Both the position numbers and the translations under genes were made by a program. Under the pieces are notes generated by a model, which was given only the letters and a program-made list of their open reading frames with translations, was not told where the DNA came from and ran no database searches. DNA of 64,000 nucleotides from Candidatus Omnitrophota bacterium (lineage in GTDB: Bacteria > Omnitrophota > Gorgyraeia > JABMRN01 > RBG-13-46-9), in assembly GCA_016782425.1 (NCBI GenBank), contig JADHYN010000002.1, positions 40,807-104,806 of the forward strand. The letters are read 5' to 3'. Below, one piece after another: positions 38,357-45,985 of the stretch; position 1 is the stretch's first letter, and each line of letters begins with the position of its first letter.

Positions 38357-39447
38357 GTGCCTATTTTACTCATATATTTATCTATCAAGAAATATTGTAG
38401 GATTTTTGAAAAAACCTGGGCATTACACTCAGGCATAACAAAACCGTAATTTTCCAGAATTTCAGTTGTATATCGAGAGTCCAGTTTTGCATTGGAATTC
38501 AAAGCAAAAATGCTGTTTTGCAATATCGCTCTTTGCGCGGGTGTACACTTGTTTATATTAAAGTTATTCAAGGAAACTATTTTTGGTTTTTTGAATTCCA
38601 TTATTTCGCTGGCTGATTCTATGATATCTGACATCGAAACCTGTCCTTCAGGAAATGGGTGATAATTTTTATTCTTTTCTTTCGTATGCAAAGAAATGAT
38701 ATATATCCCAAATGCAACACTATCTACCGGAACAAGGTTTATATGGGTATCCAAAAGTGGCAACGCATCGAAAATACCCACTTTACAAAGATCGATAAAA
38801 TTATATATATTTCTAGATTGAAGAATTTTGCCGGTTGTCGATTCTCCAATAACTAAAGACGGCCTGAATACATCTATCCAAAGCCCGCCTTTTCGATATT
38901 TCGCAACCAATTTTTCTCCCTCAAATTTGCTTTGTTCATAAGAGGTATTAAATTTCTGTCCTACGTCTAAATCTTTTTCATTAAATCTTTTCCTGCAATC
39001 GCCACAGACATAGGCGGTACTAAAATAGTTTATTTTCTTGAGTTTTCCTTTTTTCTGATATTCACAAGCCAGATCCAAGACATTCCTTGTTCCGCCCACG
39101 TTCACCTTTTTTATTTCTTTGAGCGGCCAATTTACATCAGTAACTGCAGCACTGTGAAATATTTCATCTATTTCGTTCTTTAGTAAATCTCTTGATTTTT
39201 TATTAAAACTCAGATTTTTTTTTGTTATATCACCTTCAAGGATTATTAAATTATCGAGTTTACCGGATATATTTTTATTGCCCCAAAAATTGAGAACACC
39301 TATTACTCTATCTCTGGCTTTTTTACCATTTTTACTTCTGGAAAGTACATAGACTTTGTGTCCCTTTTGTAAAAAAATTTTTACCAGATAGGAACCGATC
39401 AACCCTGTCGCGCCGGTTAGAAATATGGTATTCTTATTTTCGCCCAT
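38353..39447 (-). CDS. thioester-reductase-type SDR (NAD_binding_4 / fatty acyl reductase-like)
   Basis: TGATGLIGSYL Rossmann motif; catalytic YEQSK (YxxxK); 364 aa. Confidence 0.75.
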   Translation of the reverse strand: MGENKNTIFLTGATGLIGSYLVKIFLQKGHKVYVLSRSKNGKKARDRVIGVLNFWGNKNISGKLDNLIILEGDITKKNLSFNKKSRDLLKNEIDEIFHSAAVTDVNWPLKEIKKVNVGGTRNVLDLACEYQKKGKLKKINYFSTAYVCGDCRKRFNEKDLDVGQKFNTSYEQSKFEGEKLVAKYRKGGLWIDVFRPSLVIGESTTGKILQSRNIYNFIDLCKVGIFDALPLLDTHINLVPVDSVAFGIYIISLHTKEKNKNYHPFPEGQVSMSDIIESASEIMEFKKPKIVSLNNFNINKCTPAQRAILQNSIFALNSNAKLDSRYTTEILENYGFVMPECNAQVFSKILQYFLIDKYMSKIGT

Positions 39448-40682
39448 TATTGGTCTTCTCTAATTTTGTTAGCGGGTTTTCCAAAAGCAGTGCAGGCATT
39501 ATTGCCTCCAAAAGCAAAACTGTTATTTAAAACAGTGTTCAATTTCACTTTTCTGGCTTTATTCGGAACGCAATCTATATCGCATTCGGGATCCGGAGTT
39601 TCAAAATTTATTGTTGGCGGAATTATTCCTTCCTTTATGGCTAAACAGCAAGATAGGGCTTCAATAGCGCTTGCTGCTCCCATTGTATGGCCTAACATTG
39701 ATTTTATTGAACTTACAGGAGGAAGTTTCTTGGAGCTATTGCCAAAAACCTCTTTAATTGCCTGACATTCCGTTTTATCATTCGGGATTGTGCCGGTTCC
39801 GTGGGCGCTTATGTAATCAACATCATTTGGTTTAATGCCTGCATTTTTCATTGTTTTTATCATAACCTTTTTGATTCCTTTAAGACTGGGAATGGTCATA
39901 TGGTAGGCATCGCAACTTAATCCATATCCTAAAATTTCAGCGTAAATATTTGCACCTCTTTTCCTTGCAGATTCTAATTCTTCCAGGATTAAAACCGCTG
40001 CTCCTTCGCCAACCATCATTCCTTTTCTATCTTTATCAAACGGCTTGCATAAATTTGGCGACATAGCATACAAACGACCGAAACCCGTAAATCCTATTCT
40101 TGAAAATGGGTCTGATCCGCCTATCAAAGCGCAATTAACCATCTTTTCTCTGATTAAATCATAGCCGTATCCTACGGAATAATTTCCTGCTGCACAGGCC
40201 GTGGGTATTACAACACTCATACCTTTTAATTTAAAAAATCGATTAACATTATTTGATATTGCGCTGCTTTGATATTTTGAAACAGTGATAGCCCATACAT
40301 CGTCTTCACCTAATGCCGCCCAATGCCTATCAATCTCTTCAATCATACCTCCTTCACCCATCGTCGTTCCGAATATTACAGCAATTTTATTTTTGGATAA
40401 TTGAGATGTCTTTAATCCGGTGTCGTTTAATGCCTCCTTTGTCGCCGCCACAGCAAATTGGGATGCCCGTCCAAAATCTCGCAGTCTACTTTTTGGAATA
40501 AAATTTATTGGATCAAAATTTTTTATCTCACCGCCCCTCTGAATATCATAATTTGAGATATCAAACGCAGTTACCTTGCTTATTCCTGATTTTCCATCTA
40601 TAAGATTTTTCCAGAATTCATCTTTACCAATTCCAATGGATGACACAATTCCTAATCCGGTTACAACAACACGTCTTTTCAT
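39447..40682 (-). CDS. beta-ketoacyl-ACP synthase (FabF/KS-alpha type, catalytically complete)
   Basis: Cys in PTACAAGN, His in SAHGTGT, His in GHTMGAAS. Confidence 0.9.
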   Translation of the reverse strand: MKRRVVVTGLGIVSSIGIGKDEFWKNLIDGKSGISKVTAFDISNYDIQRGGEIKNFDPINFIPKSRLRDFGRASQFAVAATKEALNDTGLKTSQLSKNKIAVIFGTTMGEGGMIEEIDRHWAALGEDDVWAITVSKYQSSAISNNVNRFFKLKGMSVVIPTACAAGNYSVGYGYDLIREKMVNCALIGGSDPFSRIGFTGFGRLYAMSPNLCKPFDKDRKGMMVGEGAAVLILEELESARKRGANIYAEILGYGLSCDAYHMTIPSLKGIKKVMIKTMKNAGIKPNDVDYISAHGTGTIPNDKTECQAIKEVFGNSSKKLPPVSSIKSMLGHTMGAASAIEALSCCLAIKEGIIPPTINFETPDPECDIDCVPNKARKVKLNTVLNNSFAFGGNNACTAFGKPANKIREDQ

Positions 40683-41104
40683 TGTATTGCCTTAAAAGTA
40701 AATTCTCCTTTTGCGACAGTTTTACCGTTAACCGACGCTATTGCATTAATAATCCCGGCATCTTTTGTAATTTTTACCGGTGTAACTTCAACCCTTAACG
40801 TATCACCTGGAACAACAGGTTGAAGAAAACGCGTTTTTATACTTCCTAAATAATATGTTGGGTTTTCTTTTTTATCTTCATCATAAAATAACATCGCTCC
40901 TGTCTGGGCCATTACTTCAGAAATAAGAACGCCCGGCATAATTTTTCTTTCCGGGAAGTGCCCTTGGAAAAAGGGTTCATTTACAGAGACATTTTTTATG
41001 CCGATGGCGCGTTTCCCTTTCTCAAATTCTATAACTCTATCTACCATCAAGAAAGGATAACGCTGATGTAAAGCTTTTTTAATTGTATTTAATCCTAATT
41101 CCAT
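40679..41104 (-). CDS. 3-hydroxyacyl-ACP dehydratase (FabZ-like hot-dog)
   Basis: HFPERKIMPGVLISEVMAQTG motif. Confidence 0.85.
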   Translation of the reverse strand: MELGLNTIKKALHQRYPFLMVDRVIEFEKGKRAIGIKNVSVNEPFFQGHFPERKIMPGVLISEVMAQTGAMLFYDEDKKENPTYYLGSIKTRFLQPVVPGDTLRVEVTPVKITKDAGIINAIASVNGKTVAKGEFTFKAIQ

Positions 41105-41125
41105 AATAAATTCCTATTTAATAAA

Positions 41126-41380
41126 TTATTTATTTACGAGATCTTTTACAAGTTCTAATGTTTGCTTTAAATTCGTTAACTTCATTAGGTTTTCTTCGGG
41201 AATTTTGATTTTATATTTTTTCTCAAGAGATGCCAGGATCTCTAAAGCCATCATTGAGTCCATTCCTAAATCTTCTACAAAATTTGCTTCGGGAGTAATT
41301 TTTTCTGGTTCTACCTCGGCAATTTCTGAAATAACGGATTTAATCTCTTTTTCCAAATTCTGCATATTTATTTTAGGCAT
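41126..41380 (-). CDS. acyl carrier protein
   Basis: 84 aa; LGMDSMMALEI phosphopantetheine-attachment Ser. Confidence 0.85.
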   Translation of the reverse strand: MPKINMQNLEKEIKSVISEIAEVEPEKITPEANFVEDLGMDSMMALEILASLEKKYKIKIPEENLMKLTNLKQTLELVKDLVNK

Positions 41381-41393
41381 GTATCGCTACCTC

Positions 41394-42137
41394 CTACATG
41401 GCCAAGCCGCCATCTATGGTTATTACCTGTCCTGTTATATATTTTGCTTCATCCGAAGCAAGAAATGCCGCAACTTTGGCGACCTCATCTGCTTTACCAA
41501 ATCTATTCAAAGGAATCCTTTTTAATAATTCTTTTCTATAATTTTCTTTTAAACCCTGCACCATATCTGTGTCAATATAACCCGGTGCAATTGCGTTCAC
41601 TCTTACATTGTAAGGTCCAACTTCTTTTGCCAATGCCTTTGTAAGGCCTATAATGCCGGCTTTACTGGCCGAATAATTTACTTGCTTTGGCATGCCTTTT
41701 AAACCAGCCACCGATGTTAGATTTATAATATTTCCGCTTTTCTGCTTCATAAAAGTGACTATAGCCGCTCGTACAAGATTAAACGCTCCTGATAAGTTTG
41801 TAGATATAACATCTTCCCAATCCTGTTCCTCCATGAGCATAAGCGCTTTATCGCGCAGTATGCCGGCATTGTTTACTATTATATCAAGTCTTCCGAAATG
41901 GCTTTTGACGCCCTCAACCATAACTTTTATGGAATCGTATTCTTTTACGTCCTGTCGAAACGTGAGCACCTTACCACCTTTTTCTTCGATTTCTTTTTTT
42001 ACTTTGAGGGCTTTGTCTTCGCTTTTTAGAAAATTAAATGCTACATTTACCCCTTGTCTGGCAAATTCCCGCACAATAGCCTCACCTATGCCGCGCGAAC
42101 CACCTGTTACTATCGCAACCTTATCTTTTAAAAGCAT
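41394..42137 (-). CDS. 3-oxoacyl-ACP reductase (FabG-like SDR)
   Basis: TGGSRGIG, NNAG, YSASKAG. Confidence 0.9.
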   Translation of the reverse strand: MLLKDKVAIVTGGSRGIGEAIVREFARQGVNVAFNFLKSEDKALKVKKEIEEKGGKVLTFRQDVKEYDSIKVMVEGVKSHFGRLDIIVNNAGILRDKALMLMEEQDWEDVISTNLSGAFNLVRAAIVTFMKQKSGNIINLTSVAGLKGMPKQVNYSASKAGIIGLTKALAKEVGPYNVRVNAIAPGYIDTDMVQGLKENYRKELLKRIPLNRFGKADEVAKVAAFLASDEAKYITGQVITIDGGLAM

Positions 42138-43379
42138 TTATAGTTTCCCTATCGTCAGACTCGAATTGTTCCCTGTAGGACTAAAAGAATTTACTAAAAT
42201 ATTATTGATCTCCTGTTCCCTTGTCTTATTAGGTACACAGTCAAGATCGCATCTTCTATCCAGTTTTTTGTAATTTACCGTTGGAGGAAGGAAGTTCTCC
42301 TCCATAACCCCTATGCTAGCTCCCAGGTTCATCGCGCCTGATGCGGAAAAACTATCGCCAATCATCGACTTGATAGAGCTTATCGGGATCTTTTTCGCCT
42401 TTTTTCCAAATACATTTTTAACGGCTCTTGTTTCCATAACGTCGCAGTCAAGTGTGGAATTCGCACTTGCGCTTATATAAGCGATATCGCCTTCCTTGAG
42501 ACCCATATCTTCCAAGCAATATTTAATTGACTCCGTAGCGCCTTTTGCTTTCGGGCTATATATGTTTTTGCTCTCGGGGTCAAACGAAGTGCCATAGCCG
42601 AGAACTTCCGCGTAGACTTTAGCGTCTCTTGCGCGAGCGTGCTCTAGCTCTTCCAGAACAACTATACAAGCACCTTCACCCATTACTATGCCGTTTCGCC
42701 GCTTATCAAAGGGGCAATCGATTTCCTCTTTCCCCGGTCTGGAGCCGGCTAAGTGCCCGATCTTGTGAAATCCTTTATATGTCTGTTCGCAAAGCTCTTC
42801 AACGCCGCCTGTTAAAACAACTTTATATTCATATAGGTTTATCATGTTCATCGCATAATAGATAGCGTCTAAACTTGAACAAAACCCTGTAGCGATGGTG
42901 CTATTAAATCCTTGTATATTAAACTTAATTGAAATATGGCTTGCGGGTGAATTTATAACGGTATTTGGGAAAAGCGCCGGATTTACAGCCCTTGGTCCTT
43001 CACGAAGTGCCTCTTTATCAAATTCGCTTATTGAGCGTACGCTACCCATTGTAGAACCAAGGGATACGCCACATATATCCGTATCCTTCTCAGGAACAGG
43101 ACAAGGTAATTTTGCATCTTCCAAGGCCAATTTTGAGGCACACAAAACCAATAATGTTGTCCTATCTAAATTACGTAATCCTTTTTGGCCCAAAATCGTC
43201 TTTGGGTTAAAATTCGATATCTCACCGGCAAGTTTTGTCCTAAGGTTAGAAGTGTCAAAAAGTGTAACCGGCTTTACTCCTGAAGCGCCTTTTTTCAATG
43301 CACTCCAGAATTCATGCTTCCCAATCCCATTGGGCGCCAGAACTCCTATGCCGGTTATAACTATTCTTTTTTTCATCAT
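42138..43379 (-). CDS. ketosynthase-like partner protein (chain-length-factor-like; both catalytic His residues replaced)
   Basis: KS fold. Cys is kept (ATGFCSS), but the His positions read SASANST and SMIGDSFSASG. Start moved to ATGATG at 43379 (MMKKRIVITGIG), removing a 37-aa extension. Confidence 0.8.
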   Translation of the reverse strand: MMKKRIVITGIGVLAPNGIGKHEFWSALKKGASGVKPVTLFDTSNLRTKLAGEISNFNPKTILGQKGLRNLDRTTLLVLCASKLALEDAKLPCPVPEKDTDICGVSLGSTMGSVRSISEFDKEALREGPRAVNPALFPNTVINSPASHISIKFNIQGFNSTIATGFCSSLDAIYYAMNMINLYEYKVVLTGGVEELCEQTYKGFHKIGHLAGSRPGKEEIDCPFDKRRNGIVMGEGACIVVLEELEHARARDAKVYAEVLGYGTSFDPESKNIYSPKAKGATESIKYCLEDMGLKEGDIAYISASANSTLDCDVMETRAVKNVFGKKAKKIPISSIKSMIGDSFSASGAMNLGASIGVMEENFLPPTVNYKKLDRRCDLDCVPNKTREQEINNILVNSFSPTGNNSSLTIGKL

Positions 43380-43413
43380 TAAAAATCCTTCAAAAAAAAT
43401 ATACCTATGACAA

Positions 43414-43617
43414 TCAGCGATTGTTTGAGTTCTCTTTACCCGCAATCCATTTATCAATAGTTGACTTCTTGAATCGCCACGCAGAGCCAACCTTGAAACC
43501 GGGTACTTTGCCTTCTTGAGCGTGCTTGTATATCGTAACCTTCTTCATTCTCAAGTACTTAGCAAGCTCATCGATCGTCATTAGGCTGAATTTGCTTTTG
43601 TCGGTCATTTTAGACAC
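43414..43617 (-). CDS. small excisionase-family (MerR-superfamily) HTH DNA-binding protein
   Basis: MTIDELAKYLRMKKVTIYKHAQEGKVPGFKVGSAWRFKKSTIDKWI; 67 aa. Confidence 0.7.
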   Translation of the reverse strand: MSKMTDKSKFSLMTIDELAKYLRMKKVTIYKHAQEGKVPGFKVGSAWRFKKSTIDKWIAGKENSNNR

Positions 43618-43705
43618 CTCTTCTTATTATTACTAGTTAATACTTATTGTTATTTCGTAATATATTATATTACAAAGTGGTATAAAGAAATATGGGGTGC
43701 TATTA

Positions 43706-43733
43706 AGTATAATGACGAAATCGGATTTGTCAA
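43706..43733 (-). promoter_or_regulatory. sigma70-type promoter TTGACA-N16-TATACT for the HTH/lipid operon
   Basis: Read on the minus strand, about 85 nt upstream of the HTH ATG. Confidence 0.6.
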
Positions 43734-43741
43734 GCGGGGGC

Positions 43742-43771
43742 AAAAAAATAGCCCCATCTGTTAGTGGGGCC
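43742..43771 (-). terminator. intrinsic terminator after the GGDEF gene
   Basis: The minus strand reads GCCCCA-ctaacaga-TGGGGC followed by TATTTTTTTG. Confidence 0.7.
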
Positions 43772-43800
43772 TGTTAAATTTCTATCTAAACTCTCTTACC

Positions 43801-44682
43801 TTACCTTAATATATAGCAATTACCCCCTTTTGATTTCGCTTCATATAGTGCTTCGTCAGCGCGTTTTAGCAGGTAATTCATTTCCACCTTCTTTATATCT
43901 TTGACCTCTATTACACCCATGCTAATTGAAGTATTAATCTTGTTCTTCTCAAATATAATCGGCTTTTTCATGGCCTTTTGCAGCCTTTCCGCCGCAACAA
44001 GGGCCTCTTCCTTTCTTTTATGTGAGAGCATAACCATGAATTCATCCCCGCCAAAGCGGCCTATCAGGTCTATTTTACGCGTTTGGCGTTTTAGTCTTTC
44101 TGCAAATTCGCGTATGACCTTATCGCCTGCGAGATGCCCCAAGGTATCGTTTATTTCTTTAAAATTATCTATATCCATTAAAATAAATGTTAACGGTATA
44201 TTATTACGAAGTGATTTTTCAAGCTCTTCTTCTGCCTTTTTTAAAAAATAACCTTTATTAAAAGTACCTGTCATCCAGTCAAATGTCGCTTCGTCCTTTA
44301 ATTTATCGTGCTTTTCCTTTAATTCTAGAAAATTCTTTATTCGGGCGGTGAGTTCATCGGGAGATACCGGTTTTACGAGATAATCAACCGCTCCGCCGTG
44401 GAGCGCCCTTAACTTATCGTCTATCTTAATGCTTGCAGTAAGAAATATGACGGGAATATATCTTTCTCCGAAATAAGTCCTTATCTTATCCAGGACCTCA
44501 AAGCCCGTCATCCCCGGCATAGAAACATCCAGAATAATGAGATTCGGTGATTCCTTCTTAAAAATCTCGATTGCCTCCATGCCATTTTTTGCTGCTACAA
44601 CCTCATAACCTTCCGATAATAGTATTGTCTTGAGAACTTCTAAAATGCTTGAATCATCATCGCAAACTAGAATCTTGATCAT
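43801..44682 (-). CDS. response regulator-diguanylate cyclase (REC-GGDEF)
   Basis: ILVCDDD, LDVSMPGMTG, and GGDEF in RFGGDEFMV with an RxxD I-site (RKID) five residues upstream. Confidence 0.9.
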   Translation of the reverse strand: MIKILVCDDDSSILEVLKTILLSEGYEVVAAKNGMEAIEIFKKESPNLIILDVSMPGMTGFEVLDKIRTYFGERYIPVIFLTASIKIDDKLRALHGGAVDYLVKPVSPDELTARIKNFLELKEKHDKLKDEATFDWMTGTFNKGYFLKKAEEELEKSLRNNIPLTFILMDIDNFKEINDTLGHLAGDKVIREFAERLKRQTRKIDLIGRFGGDEFMVMLSHKRKEEALVAAERLQKAMKKPIIFEKNKINTSISMGVIEVKDIKKVEMNYLLKRADEALYEAKSKGGNCYILR

Positions 44683-44759
44683 TTTCCACCTCTAAGCCTA
44701 ATATTTTATTATAGGTGATATTACCTGCTGCCATTCTATACAATATTAACATATTTAAA

Positions 44760-45803
44760 TCATACCTGCAAATCGTATTCAACGCTCATTAAATCTTCTT
44801 CGGCTTCCTTTGTTTTTCCCATTTTCTCCAATATCTGAGCCCGTTGTCCCCGTAAATACGGCATATACGGATTATCCTTATCTTTACTAATTATACCCGT
44901 AATATACAGATACGCATCTTCATACCTTTTTTGGTCTTTAAGCAATATTGCACGATAATACTCAACCCGGCGAATAACAGATAAACTACGGGAATTCATA
45001 ATAACGTCCTTATATAGCTTTTCACTCTTTTTATAATAGCCGAGAAGATGGTATGTTCGGGCTTTTGTCATCTTGAATTCATAGATATCTTTCATTTCGG
45101 GCTTGATCTTATTAAGATATCTTTCATTAATTATATATACAATGGGGCGAATTAACCTCAATGGTATAAATCTTAAAAAATCAAACCTCACCCCTTCTTT
45201 CGTTATTACATATGTAGGTAAATTGCAGTATACGGCCAAATAAGAAGGGTCAGCCCATCTTTTTTCGTATTCTGCTCTCAGCTTAACCCTCTTATTATCG
45301 GCAATAATGCTTAAATCTTCTTTTATGTCGGACTGAGTGGCAAAATTGCCGTTTTTATTCACAAGATCAAGCTTGTAAGCCGGGTCTACAATTATCCATT
45401 TCTTATCAGGCGCGAGAACCTCTGCTATAGAATGCGGTGAGGCACCTGATGCTGATTGAAGAAATAGAAGCCTTGAGGTTATTCCGATACTCCTGGCCAA
45501 TTGCATAAATACACGTGCCTGCTGGTCACACCATCCAATACCGTAAATCAGCTTCTCGATAGCGCAAGTAGCCAGCCTATTATGATAGCCGTGGATGGAA
45601 AGGACATTTTCATGGACGAAATCCCTGATAGCAACCACCTTATCGTAAAAATTTTCCGATTTATCGGTAAGGCTTCTGGTAATAACGTAAGACATAATCT
45701 TGTTGTACCTTTTTTCAGAAATTGAGGAAAAAAATAGGAAATAAGAAGGGGCGGTTAGTAAAATAATAATTATTATAAGAAAAATAAAACCCTTTTTTTT
45801 CAT
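44760..45803 (-). CDS. membrane-anchored transglutaminase-like protein with C-terminal TPR repeats
   Basis: GWCDQQARVF (Cys), PHSIAEV (His), IIVDP (Asp) core and TPR-like YY..A repeats. Start set at ATG 45803 (MKKKGFIFLIII) with AGGAG 7 nt upstream, rather than 45950. Confidence 0.6.
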   Translation of the reverse strand: MKKKGFIFLIIIIILLTAPSYFLFFSSISEKRYNKIMSYVITRSLTDKSENFYDKVVAIRDFVHENVLSIHGYHNRLATCAIEKLIYGIGWCDQQARVFMQLARSIGITSRLLFLQSASGASPHSIAEVLAPDKKWIIVDPAYKLDLVNKNGNFATQSDIKEDLSIIADNKRVKLRAEYEKRWADPSYLAVYCNLPTYVITKEGVRFDFLRFIPLRLIRPIVYIINERYLNKIKPEMKDIYEFKMTKARTYHLLGYYKKSEKLYKDVIMNSRSLSVIRRVEYYRAILLKDQKRYEDAYLYITGIISKDKDNPYMPYLRGQRAQILEKMGKTKEAEEDLMSVEYDLQV

Positions 45804-45985
45804 AGGATTACTCCTGTATGGGAGATATTGTAGCATTTTTTGGAGTAAATTCCACTTTTTTATTATTACATATATCCTTTCGCCGCACGTTCGGACCGGT
45901 TTCCTGTCTAAATAAGCCAATTCAACAAAGTAATTTAAAAAATCCACCATTTAGGGTATAATCTCAATAACATAAGGATTTTCGC

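Noticed and set aside
43380-43490. 37-aa N-terminal extension of the KS-like protein (track start 43490)
   Set aside because: The extension has no KS homology and would overlap the HTH gene. MMKKRIVITGIG at 43379 is the canonical KS N-terminus.
43414-43617. Excisionase-family HTH as a marker of a prophage or integrative element
   Set aside because: There is no integrase, att-like repeats, tRNA or phage genes nearby. It sits behind a strong promoter as the first gene of the lipid operon, so a regulator role is more likely.
45804-45950. 49-aa N-terminal extension of the transglutaminase-TPR protein
   Set aside because: The internal ATG at 45803 has an AGGAG SD and begins a typical signal/anchor (MKKKGFIFLIII). 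The extension would occupy the divergent promoter region.
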